64,000 nucleotides of DNA. Source: Candidatus Beckwithbacteria bacterium (lineage in GTDB: Bacteria; Patescibacteriota; Microgenomatia; UBA1400; UBA1449). The translations under genes and the position numbers were made by a program. The first letter of the stretch is position 1; each line of letters begins with the position of its first letter. Positions 29,347 to 38,461 of the stretch are shown here, one piece after another. Location of the stretch: positions 11,919 through 75,918 of the forward strand of contig JAAZOH010000038.1 of assembly GCA_012797845.1 (NCBI GenBank), written 5' to 3'. The notes beneath the pieces were generated by a model. It was not told the DNA's origin. It did no database searches and saw nothing but the letters and a program-made list of their open reading frames with translations.

Positions 29347-29423
29347 TTAGGCAAAAAAGAAAATTTATTTTGTCAAATTTATATATATCCAATCACAAAA
29401 AATTATGTAAAATAAAATTATCC

Positions 29424-30029
29424 ATGTTACTATTTTCCTCTCTTTCTGAGCTTAAAAATCTTCTAGGCATTTTGGCAACCATTTTAGTTTTTATTGGCTA
29501 CATTCCTTACAGTAAAGACATTATCAAAGGTAAGACTAAGCCACATTTATATAGCTGGTTTTTATGGGGATTTGTTACTTTATTGGTGTTTGCATTGCAA
29601 TTTAGTGGCGGAGCTGGGAGTGGCTCATTTGTAACTTTAGCTGCTGGTTTGATGTGTATTGTTGTGATTGCTCTTGGATTTATCTACAAAAGTCAGGTCA
29701 AAATAATTTTTGCCGATACTATGTTTCTCATCTTGGCAATTATTGCTTTAGCTTTATGGTTGCTAGCTAAGCAAGCTGTGCTTTCTACAATTTTAGCTAC
29801 AAGTGTTGATTTGCTTGGCTTTGCTCCAACCATCAGAAAATCATGGAATCAACCGTATAGCGAAACGTTGTCATTTTATTTTTTGAATACTGTCCGTTTT
29901 GCTTTAGCGCTTATAGCTCTACAAACCTATTCTATAGTTACTGCCCTATATCCTATTTCCTGGTTGGGAATTAACTTTTTATTTGCAATTATGTTGATGG
30001 TAAGACGGAAACAATTGGCTAAAAACTAA
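29424..30029 (+). CDS. membrane protein
   Basis: Start moved to the internal ATG (MLLFSSLSELK...) because the upstream extension is non-hydrophobic filler. 6 TM helices. Confidence 0.4.
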   Translation: MLLFSSLSELKNLLGILATILVFIGYIPYSKDIIKGKTKPHLYSWFLWGFVTLLVFALQFSGGAGSGSFVTLAAGLMCIVVIALGFIYKSQVKIIFADTMFLILAIIALALWLLAKQAVLSTILATSVDLLGFAPTIRKSWNQPYSETLSFYFLNTVRFALALIALQTYSIVTALYPISWLGINFLFAIMLMVRRKQLAKN

Positions 30030-30050
30030 TCAGTTCCAATAATTCAAATT

Positions 30051-31532
30051 TTATATTTCCCCAGCTAGAGTAGCTAATTCTTTTTCCCAATACCTGATTT
30101 TATTTTGTGGTAACAGTAATGCTCGGCTGGGTTGTAAACCTTCTACAAATTCAGGTGTATGGGAAACAAACAACATAGCGCCTTGGTACTTTTTTAAAGC
30201 TTCCAAAATGACCCGCTGGGACATAACGTCCAAATAGGTAGTTGGTTCATCTAGGATGAGCAAGTTATGTTGTTTAAGCAGAATTAAAGCTATGGCTAAT
30301 CTGGTTTTTTCACCACCTGATAAAGTTTCGATTTTTTGAAATACCTTTGATTGGGAAAACATAAATTTCCCTAAAACTGAGCGAATTTTGCCTTCGCTCA
30401 AATGAGCTTGTTCTTGAGCTATTTCAAACAGGTTTTTATCCATATCCAGGACTTCAAATTCTTGAGAATAATAGCCAATGTCTAAATTATTATTTTTAAT
30501 TATCTCTCCTGAATCTGGAGTAAGAAGCCCCAAAGCAATTTTAATTAAAGTGCTTTTTCCGGCGCCATTAGGGCCAATGAGGGCTATCCGCTCCCCTTTT
30601 GCAATCGATAGAGAAACATTATCTAAAACGACAGTGGTGCCAAAGGATTTGGAAACTCCTCTAATCATAATAGGCATGGCCCCGACATGGCTTGGCTCCG
30701 GTAAATTCAGTTTGATCTGCTGGACTTCTTGAGGCAAATCAGGCAGTGAAGTTTCCAATTTTTCAATACGACGTTTGAGCTGAGTACGTTGTTTAACTCC
30801 TCGGTCAGTTTTAAAGCGTGCCATTTTTTGCAAACCCTCTTTCATACGGGCAATATGTTTTTGCTCATTAAGGATTTGACGTTTAAGTAAATCATCGCGT
30901 TCTTTTTTACGTTTTACAAAATTTGAATAATTGCCCTTATACTCTTCTAAAGTATGTTTATGGATGTCAATAGCAATAACTTTATCAATGGCTTGGTCGA
31001 GCAAGTTCAAGTCATGAGATACCAAGAGAATGGTTTTGGGATAGTGGGCTAAAAAATTCATGATCCACTTTTTCCCGGCTATATCTAAAAAGTTAGTTGG
31101 CTCATCCAGGAGCAAAATATCCGGCTCCAAAAGCAAAGCCCTTATAATAGCGAGTTTAGTTTTTTGACCGCCGCTTAGTTTGTGGGGCGGTTTTTCAAGA
31201 TCTATGTCGGCCATCTCCAGCCCAACCAGCATTTTTTTTAGCTCTGCGTTTTGGTATTGATACTTACTATCAAGATAATTTCGTATAGTAGAACTTCCTT
31301 CCAAAATTTTGTCACGTTTTACCTCCTGGGAAACTAGTTCTACGCTACCTTGAACAGTGACCGTACCTTCTTCCGGAAACTCCCTTCCCATCAGGAGGTT
31401 AAACAGCGTAGACTTACCGGCACCATTGGGGCCGACTAAGCCGACTTTTTGGCAATTACCCACCATACAATTTGCTTTAATAAAAATTGGCTTTTCCCGG
31501 TATGAAAATGAAAGATCTTTTACTGAAATCAT
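30051..31532 (-). CDS. ABC-F family ATPase (tandem ABC domains, no TM)
   Basis: Two Walker A motifs and two signatures, LSGGQKTKLAIIRAL and LSGGEKTRLAIALIL, with a linker between them. Confidence 0.7.
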   Translation of the reverse strand: MISVKDLSFSYREKPIFIKANCMVGNCQKVGLVGPNGAGKSTLFNLLMGREFPEEGTVTVQGSVELVSQEVKRDKILEGSSTIRNYLDSKYQYQNAELKKMLVGLEMADIDLEKPPHKLSGGQKTKLAIIRALLLEPDILLLDEPTNFLDIAGKKWIMNFLAHYPKTILLVSHDLNLLDQAIDKVIAIDIHKHTLEEYKGNYSNFVKRKKERDDLLKRQILNEQKHIARMKEGLQKMARFKTDRGVKQRTQLKRRIEKLETSLPDLPQEVQQIKLNLPEPSHVGAMPIMIRGVSKSFGTTVVLDNVSLSIAKGERIALIGPNGAGKSTLIKIALGLLTPDSGEIIKNNNLDIGYYSQEFEVLDMDKNLFEIAQEQAHLSEGKIRSVLGKFMFSQSKVFQKIETLSGGEKTRLAIALILLKQHNLLILDEPTTYLDVMSQRVILEALKKYQGAMLFVSHTPEFVEGLQPSRALLLPQNKIRYWEKELATLAGEI

Positions 31533-31668
31533 AGAAATAGGTAAAATACTTGGATAGTAGTATAGCGTAAAAATTAGCCTTCATGACAATTTGTTTTTCA
31601 CAACTATTTTGTTAGAATTTGGAGTAGGACAGATTAAAAACTCAAACTATAAAAAATAAAACACAGCT

Positions 31669-32085
31669 ATGAAATTTCTACCGTTATTACCAGAACTGTA
31701 TATTTCCAGTCTCAAAAAAAGCCTAGAATTTTATGTGGACATTATCGGTTTCAAAATTGAGTATAGCCGAGAGCACCCAAACTTTGCCTTTCTCTCCTAT
31801 CAGGGTAGCCAGCTGATGATTCAGGAGCTGGTGCCCGGTGAAAAGGAAAAAGAAAATCTGGACTACCCGTTTGGCCGGGGCATCAATTTTCAAATCGATA
31901 CTGAAAGTGTTAACCCCATTATGAAATCATTAAAACAACATGAGTATCCCCTTATCCGTGGCATTAAAGACAGCTGGTATCAGGCTGGAAAAGTAGTGTA
32001 CGGTTGCCGGGAAATATTAGTCAATGACCCAGACGGATACTTGTTGCGCTTTTCTGAAAGTTTGGGCAAAAAGAAAATTAAATAA
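31669..32085 (+). CDS. VOC/glyoxalase-bleomycin resistance family protein
   Basis: 138 aa beta-alpha-beta-beta-beta pattern. Confidence 0.45.
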   Translation: MKFLPLLPELYISSLKKSLEFYVDIIGFKIEYSREHPNFAFLSYQGSQLMIQELVPGEKEKENLDYPFGRGINFQIDTESVNPIMKSLKQHEYPLIRGIKDSWYQAGKVVYGCREILVNDPDGYLLRFSESLGKKKIK

Positions 32086-32689
32086 GATGACTAGTGTCAT
32101 TAAGCCTTTTCAAAATATAGTTTGAACCATGTTTTTCAACTTCAGTAATTGAGCATTCATTGACTTCAATATATTGAGCTTGGTTTTCGGGATTAGTTTT
32201 AGTGGGTAACAAACTATTATCAAATACTATTCTCAAAAAATCACCAATGGTACCGCCATGAGTAGCCATTAATATTGATTTGATATTTTTATCTGCTAAA
32301 ACCTGATTGCAAAATTCCAATACATCTCTTCCCGTTTGATTTGATGATCTGCTTTTAGGTGGTTTAAAATTTCGATCTAAATCAGTTTTCTGCCACAGCT
32401 GCCAAAATTCTTCAAACGTCTCTCCTTTTCTATCTCCCCAATTAAGCCGTTCATAGAGTCTTTGCTCAATAATAAGATTTAAGCCAAAGTTTACATTTAT
32501 ATATTGGGCAGTTTCTTTAGTTCTTAGTAAAGGACTGGAGTACAAAGCATCAATTGTTTTATCTTTAAAATAATTGGCTGTTGCTTTAGCTTGTCTAATT
32601 CCCAGATCAGTTAGACTGGGATCGCCTGGATGTTTTTCTTTTTGACCATGACGAACAAAGTAAATCGTTTGGGCCATAAGTATATGCAA
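32078..32689 (-). CDS. histidine phosphatase family protein
   Basis: IYFVRHGQ catalytic RHG motif. Confidence 0.6.
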   Translation of the reverse strand: MHILMAQTIYFVRHGQKEKHPGDPSLTDLGIRQAKATANYFKDKTIDALYSSPLLRTKETAQYINVNFGLNLIIEQRLYERLNWGDRKGETFEEFWQLWQKTDLDRNFKPPKSRSSNQTGRDVLEFCNQVLADKNIKSILMATHGGTIGDFLRIVFDNSLLPTKTNPENQAQYIEVNECSITEVEKHGSNYILKRLNDTSHLI

Positions 32690-32694
32690 AATAA

Positions 32695-33270
32695 TTATTT
32701 TCCTAAACTGTGAAAAAACTGAACGTATCTGTCTAAATTAGCAAAAAGTAGATAGGCATTAGCAACAATAAGTCCAGGTTTGACCAAATACCTTTCCCAA
32801 AAACTACCAGTTTTCATTCTCAAAAATTTGATTGGTGGAATTCCAAAATGAATATCAATAGGAAATAAAAGTGGCACACCTTCTGAAGTTAACAGATCCA
32901 TAATAATATGAGAAATTAGTCCAATCATAAAAGCCCACCACACAATAGTAATATCAACTAATAAAACCGGACTAATAAGATTTAAAATATAGCTGGCTGC
33001 CAAACCAAATAAAACCAGCCCCACAGCTGAATGTGATAGATGTCGATGAGCTCCTAAAAATGGTTGTAGGGCTCGGCCTAGTAAATTACCAGCTGGTAAT
33101 TTATCCCAAATTTTAGCAGTAGGTTTGTCCAAATCTGCGATCAGTCCACCAATAAAACAAGCACAAACAGCTACAAAAGCCGTAGCAATAGACATACTGG
33201 GAACTGTAAGAATAACGATGCAAAGATTGAGGGCAGTCAGAGCTGCCAAATCATGGGTTTGGCTGGTCAT
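32695..33270 (-). CDS. membrane-bound metal-dependent hydrolase (DUF457/YdjM-like)
   Basis: TM protein with GAHRHLSHS motif. Confidence 0.5.
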   Translation of the reverse strand: MTSQTHDLAALTALNLCIVILTVPSMSIATAFVAVCACFIGGLIADLDKPTAKIWDKLPAGNLLGRALQPFLGAHRHLSHSAVGLVLFGLAASYILNLISPVLLVDITIVWWAFMIGLISHIIMDLLTSEGVPLLFPIDIHFGIPPIKFLRMKTGSFWERYLVKPGLIVANAYLLFANLDRYVQFFHSLGK

Positions 33271-33287
33271 GGATATGTTATAGCAAT

Positions 33288-34190
33288 TTAAAAAGAGCTT
33301 CTCCAGTCTAAAAAAGCCTTTCCCAATTCAGGATCAAAATGAGTACCCAAATCGTCTGTCATAGCAGCGATAGCTTCTTCTGGAGATTGAGGTTTTTGAT
33401 AAAAATGTCTAAAAGGATCTAATCTAGCGCAATATACATCAGCAAGTGTGGATAATAAGACAATAGGAGGTATTTCTTTAGGATTAAAACCAAGATCAGC
33501 CAATATTTCATTATTGGGATATGATCTGTTTTTCTCTACAATTTCTTCAGGCGGATTAAACCAGCGTTGATGAAGTAAAGTGGAATGTAAAGCAAGCTGT
33601 ATAGTTGGGTCGTCTTCAATGCCCAATTGCTGAGCTTTTGTTTTTATAATCTCGTATCCCCTTTGAGGGTGAGTTGTAACCATTGCCCACTCAGGGTCTG
33701 ATAATTTTAATCTTGGTTTTTTCAAAGTACCATTCCAAATAGAATTTCCCTCAGTAGTGAGTTCAATAACTTTCTTTTCAAATCGACCATAATCATGAAC
33801 CAAACAAGCAAAAAAAGCTTGGTTCGGAGAAAAATCTAAACCTTGGCTAACTTGCATGCAAAAATCTCGGGCAGTAAACGCAACTGACAAACAGTGCAAT
33901 AAAATTTCTGGAGAAGTTTCAATACCATAATCCAAAAATTCATGAGCTATATGTTTAACTTCTTCGGAAAGCTTAGTATCAGTGATGTATTTTCTGGTTT
34001 CTTGAACAACTAATCTTGCTAACTCATTTCTTAACTCTGGCTCATTGCCGAAATCCAAGACAGATTCAATAACACTGGATATCTGTTGAGGTAGATTGTG
34101 ATCTAAATAATGTTTGACAATGGTTGTTTCTGTCCATTGGTTTTCTTGTCCAACTTCCTGAGTAGAAAGTTCCGAACTTGCTGTAGTCAT
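33288..34190 (-). CDS. HD domain protein
   Basis: LVHDYGR HD motif. Confidence 0.5.
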   Translation of the reverse strand: MTTASSELSTQEVGQENQWTETTIVKHYLDHNLPQQISSVIESVLDFGNEPELRNELARLVVQETRKYITDTKLSEEVKHIAHEFLDYGIETSPEILLHCLSVAFTARDFCMQVSQGLDFSPNQAFFACLVHDYGRFEKKVIELTTEGNSIWNGTLKKPRLKLSDPEWAMVTTHPQRGYEIIKTKAQQLGIEDDPTIQLALHSTLLHQRWFNPPEEIVEKNRSYPNNEILADLGFNPKEIPPIVLLSTLADVYCARLDPFRHFYQKPQSPEEAIAAMTDDLGTHFDPELGKAFLDWRSSF

Positions 34191-34206
34191 ACTGTAATAT
34201 AGGAAA

Positions 34207-35229
34207 TTATTTTAGTACGTAGTAGCTTGACTTTGTACTTCCCTTTCTTTCTATTAACCCTTTTTCCACCAGACCACTTAATAAGTTATGAGCTTGTTGT
34301 CTCGAAACTTGTAACTGTCCAGCGATTTCTGTTGAAGTAGTTTCTGGATATTTCATCATAATATCCAAAACTGTCCGTTCTTTAGTGCTTGGTCGTTGAG
34401 CTATGTGTAGTGTTTGCAATGAAGTTTGAGCTTTAGCTAAAGCACTTTGAAGTGAGTACTTAACTCCATCGCTAAAATATTCGAGCCACTGAGTTTTGTC
34501 ACCATCATCAGCACTGTGCAGCATGTCGGAATACTGGTTTCGATCAATATCATAGTAATCATCCAAAATAAAATACCTATTGATTCGATAGCCGGCTTTT
34601 ATAAATAGTAAGGCAGTTAGCATCCGGCAAATCCGACCATTTCCATCTAAAAATGGGTGAATATAAACAAAATGATGATGAAAAATCCCAGCTTTGACTA
34701 CTACTGGTAATTCAGTTTGTTGCTTAGCCCAAGACAATAATTCTTCCAAAGCTTGTCTGATTTCGGTCTTAGCATGATATGGAGGCATATGTTTAATATT
34801 CAACTTTACTTTGCCATTCTCCTCTCTTGTATAACGGCTGACGGCCACTATTTCATTGCGAAGCCGGCCAGCTCCTTCTTCAAAATGAGCAAATAATTCC
34901 TGATGTAAATCAGTTACTAGCTTGGCACTGAAAGGTTTTTGAGCATAACTATCCAATTTTTCCAACATGGCAAAATAGTTAGCAATCTCTTTTTCATCAC
35001 GATTGCTTGGCATGCGGTCATTAAGAATCAAATTAGTTACCTCAGGTAAGGTCATGGGGTTACCCTCGATCCGGTTGGAAGCATAGGCTGATTCAATCAG
35101 ATTATTACGTTTAAGATTTAATTCCAACTGTTTTGGGAGGCGTAAAGCCTCAACTTGACCATACAGCCGCTCACAGGTAGCAACATTATTAAAAAGATGA
35201 TTAGTTAGGGAATATTGGGGTTGAAACAT
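34207..35229 (-). CDS. Fic family protein with C-terminal wHTH
   Basis: HPFLDGNGRICR Fic active-site motif. Confidence 0.75.
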   Translation of the reverse strand: MFQPQYSLTNHLFNNVATCERLYGQVEALRLPKQLELNLKRNNLIESAYASNRIEGNPMTLPEVTNLILNDRMPSNRDEKEIANYFAMLEKLDSYAQKPFSAKLVTDLHQELFAHFEEGAGRLRNEIVAVSRYTREENGKVKLNIKHMPPYHAKTEIRQALEELLSWAKQQTELPVVVKAGIFHHHFVYIHPFLDGNGRICRMLTALLFIKAGYRINRYFILDDYYDIDRNQYSDMLHSADDGDKTQWLEYFSDGVKYSLQSALAKAQTSLQTLHIAQRPSTKERTVLDIMMKYPETTSTEIAGQLQVSRQQAHNLLSGLVEKGLIERKGSTKSSYYVLK

Positions 35230-35239
35230 GGCAGTATAT

Positions 35240-35315
35240 GTAAAATAATTGTAAATATAATTGTAAAGCTAATTGTCAGTTTGTCAAGTATTAATTGTAA
35301 AGGTATTTGTCAATA
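35240..35315. repeat. tandem array of ~6 (t)aattgtMaa repeats with 12-13 bp period
   Basis: aattgtaaa / aattgtcag / ttgtcaag / atttgtcaa reiterated between the fic and SDR start codons. Confidence 0.6.
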
Positions 35316-35384
35316 TAAAAGTAAATAGTCTTGCGATTTTGTAATTTATCCTCTATAACAAAACTAGTAAATAAAAGGAGATAT

Positions 35385-36089
35385 ATGAGCCTAAAAAACA
35401 AAACTATTCTTATTTCTGGAGGCAATTCTGGTTTGGGGTTTGAGATTAGTAAACAATTAATTAGATTGGGTTCTAAAGTGATTATTCTAGGTAAAAATCA
35501 GAATAATCTTAACCTTGCAGTTAAAAAACTTAAATCCCCATTTGCCTCTTCGATGGTTTGCGACCTAACTAATGCTGAAGAAATTGAAAAATTAAACATT
35601 GGCAAGCTCGATATTTTAATCAACTGTGCCGGAGTTATCAAATATTCACCACTAGAAAAACACAGTATTACTGATATCAAAAACATTATTGATACTAATC
35701 TGATAGGAACTATTTTACTGACTAGGCAAGTTTTGCCAATTTTGAAAAAACAAAATTCAGGGATTATTGTCAATATTTCCTCGACTTCCGGTTTAATGAC
35801 AGGTGGCCATGCTTATGAAAGTGTATATATTGCCAGTAAATTTGGCGTCACTGGCTTTACGGAAAGTTTAAAAAAAGAAATGGCAGAGGAAGGTAAAAAT
35901 ATTAAAGTCTTAGGTTTTTATCCCGGTGGTATGAATACCCCACTTTTTACTAAATCTGGTGAAGATAAAGACACCACAAATTTTATGGATCCAGCTGAAA
36001 TTGCTAAAATTTTAGTTTTTATGTTGCAACAGCCTGATGCTGTATCTATGGATCATATTGTGGTTAATCGAAATAAAACTGCTAAGTAA
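35385..36089 (+). CDS. SDR family oxidoreductase
   Basis: ISGGNSGLGFEI Rossmann motif and YxxxK. Start set at the ATG with AAAAGGAG RBS. Confidence 0.65.
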   Translation: MSLKNKTILISGGNSGLGFEISKQLIRLGSKVIILGKNQNNLNLAVKKLKSPFASSMVCDLTNAEEIEKLNIGKLDILINCAGVIKYSPLEKHSITDIKNIIDTNLIGTILLTRQVLPILKKQNSGIIVNISSTSGLMTGGHAYESVYIASKFGVTGFTESLKKEMAEEGKNIKVLGFYPGGMNTPLFTKSGEDKDTTNFMDPAEIAKILVFMLQQPDAVSMDHIVVNRNKTAK

Positions 36090-36192
36090 ATATTTGCTCT
36101 CAATATTTCAATAGTTTAGTAATTAGTTTTATAGGCTTAAAAATTAATCTAAAATGCTATAATGCTTATATTTATTTATATATAAGGATATT

Positions 36193-36783
36193 ATGGCTGA
36201 ACGAGTTGCAGTTTTAGATTATGGCAATCTTGATTTTATTGATAGAGCTAAAGCTAGTAGTAATGTAGAGCTTACACGACTAATAGTTGGATTATTTGTA
36301 ACGACAACTGATGAAAATGGTGAATTTTGTGTGGTTTTACAAAGAAGATCAAAACATAAAAAAGAATTTCCAGATTGTTTAACTTTTTTAGTTTCTGGCC
36401 ATGTTGATGAACAAGACATGTATCATGTATTTGCTTTACCTCAAACTTTACTTGAAGCTTTGACTGATACCGCTTTATTAAGAGAATCATTTGAAGAAAT
36501 AGGTATTACAATAGAAAAATTTGATGAAACAAGATGTTTTGATAGTGAGATAAGAGAAAATAATATACCAGCCAAGCAAATGCATATTAAAACAATTTGT
36601 ATAGATAGGTCTGTTTTAGGAGAACTACGTTACAATCCTGAAGAAGTTGACGGCATAGAGGTTGTTCCACTCAAAAAAATTATAGAGCAAATAAAACTAT
36701 CACCAGAAGAAAGGGAAGCTGGTTTTGAATTCACCACTCCGTTTGAAGAATTTATGAGATTAGTTTTTAATAAGCTTTTATAG
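36193..36783 (+). CDS. hypothetical protein, weak Nudix-like motif
   Basis: EALTDTALLRESFEEIGI approximates the Nudix box. Confidence 0.35.
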   Translation: MAERVAVLDYGNLDFIDRAKASSNVELTRLIVGLFVTTTDENGEFCVVLQRRSKHKKEFPDCLTFLVSGHVDEQDMYHVFALPQTLLEALTDTALLRESFEEIGITIEKFDETRCFDSEIRENNIPAKQMHIKTICIDRSVLGELRYNPEEVDGIEVVPLKKIIEQIKLSPEEREAGFEFTTPFEEFMRLVFNKLL

Positions 36784-36825
36784 TCTGTTCCCGCTTTGGG
36801 GCCAACTGTAAACATAAAAGCTAAA
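36781..36825. repeat. imperfect direct repeat (copy A) of the purA 3' end
   Basis: tagtctgttcccgctttgg plus similar downstream sequence; matches 38476-38520. Confidence 0.7.
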
Positions 36826-36885
36826 TATTTATGGTTAAAAATCATACTATTTGCTACTATTAATGCAAATATAAAATTATGATTT

Positions 36886-38457
36886 ATGACTTTCAAAAAA
36901 TATAAAATATTTAATAATAATTTTTTTTGGTTTTTTTTGTTATTTACTTTTTTTATCTTAATTCAAATAGACTTTTATAATCATGGAGCTTTATCAGATG
37001 ATTTAGCTGAATACATACAAAACCCTCTTAGAATAATTAATGGACAAATTCCATACAAAGATTTTTGGCTTTTATTTCCTCCTGGAGAAGTTTATGTTCC
37101 AGCACTAGTATATAAAATTTTTGGATTACAAATAAAAAGTATTTTATTATTTAATGTTTTTATAAAAAGTCTTGTTTCATCAGCAGTTTTTATATTAATG
37201 AAGTTAATTTGTAAAAAAAATATTTATGCAGCAGTTTCGGCGATTCTGTTTTTTTTCATGGGAGATTTACAAATTTACATGTTTTTTTTACTTTTTTCAT
37301 TTTTATTTATTTATGAATATCTTTTTACAGAAAATAGATTTTGGTTATTTATGGCTGGTTCTTTTGTAGGGGTAGCTTTTAATTTTAGATTTTTTTTAAC
37401 AGGTGCTTTTGCTTTTTCCGTAATTACATTATTAGTTCTAAAAATAGGGAAAATTAAATTATTATTGCAAAATATTTTGACATTTATTTTAGGAACATTT
37501 CTTATTTTTACTTTTAACTTTTGGTTATATAAAAAATTCTTTTTTGCAATGATACAGGAAACAGTTTTAAAAGGACTAAAACATGGGACAACGATGGATA
37601 TAAATTATATTGATCAAATTTTTATTAGTTTAGATATTTTAAAAAAATCTTTCTCAACTCTTTTAAACCAATTTGGCATTATGAACAGTTGGTCATTCAT
37701 GGTATTTTTTTTCGAATTTATTCTGACCGTTTGTCTTTATGCTTTGCCATTTTTGGCAATTTTAATAGCAATTTATTTATTATTTTTTAAAAAAAGAAAT
37801 TTTATTAAAAAAGAAATTATTTATTTATTATTAATTTGGGGAACACTAGTTTTTTTAAAAAGTATTCGTAAACCAGACCCTGAACACCTAGTATATGCAA
37901 ATTCTATTTTTTTACTTCTTTTTATTTACATTTTTTCAAAACTTAAAACAAGCAAACTTAAATCATTAATGAATATAGTTATTATCATTTTTTTAATGCG
38001 TTTATATGTTTTTGCTTTTCACTACTATTTTAATTTTAGAATTCCTCAATATAACGTAACTGCAAAGTTTGGGACATTACAGGTTAGCAACGAATATGAG
38101 GCAAAAAAATTGCAATCGGTGATTAGATTTATTGAGCAAAACAGTTCTAGGAATGATTATATTTTAAACACACTGTTTTATTCACCTCCATTTTACGCAA
38201 TGACAGGAAGAAAAAATGCTACTTATTATGATTCTTTAATTGATCTTTTTACAAATAAAAATTTTCAAAAAGAAAAAATGATTTGTAATCAAATTTTAAA
38301 CAGTAATACTAAATTAGTAATACATAATCCTAAATGGAAATTTGGAGATAGAGGTGAGTTCGACCAACAGTTACCAATATTGCAAAAATGTATAGATCAA
38401 AATTTTGTTCTTAAAGAAAAAAATGATGAATATTGGCTTTATAAAAAAATGAGTTAA
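36886..38457 (+). CDS. GT-C-like polytopic membrane protein (putative glycosyltransferase), very AT-rich
   Basis: PYKDFWLLFPPGE first-loop motif typical of PMT/ArnT-like GT-C enzymes. Extreme Phe/Ile/Lys bias. Confidence 0.45.
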   Translation: MTFKKYKIFNNNFFWFFLLFTFFILIQIDFYNHGALSDDLAEYIQNPLRIINGQIPYKDFWLLFPPGEVYVPALVYKIFGLQIKSILLFNVFIKSLVSSAVFILMKLICKKNIYAAVSAILFFFMGDLQIYMFFLLFSFLFIYEYLFTENRFWLFMAGSFVGVAFNFRFFLTGAFAFSVITLLVLKIGKIKLLLQNILTFILGTFLIFTFNFWLYKKFFFAMIQETVLKGLKHGTTMDINYIDQIFISLDILKKSFSTLLNQFGIMNSWSFMVFFFEFILTVCLYALPFLAILIAIYLLFFKKRNFIKKEIIYLLLIWGTLVFLKSIRKPDPEHLVYANSIFLLLFIYIFSKLKTSKLKSLMNIVIIIFLMRLYVFAFHYYFNFRIPQYNVTAKFGTLQVSNEYEAKKLQSVIRFIEQNSSRNDYILNTLFYSPPFYAMTGRKNATYYDSLIDLFTNKNFQKEKMICNQILNSNTKLVIHNPKWKFGDRGEFDQQLPILQKCIDQNFVLKEKNDEYWLYKKMS

Positions 38458-38461
38458 TTAA

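Noticed and set aside
29289-29423. Longer start for the membrane protein at 29289
   Set aside because: The upstream 45 codons are hydrophilic, Lys/Asn-rich filler overlapping the palindromic intergenic element. The hydrophobic protein begins at the internal Met. Retained only as an alternative.
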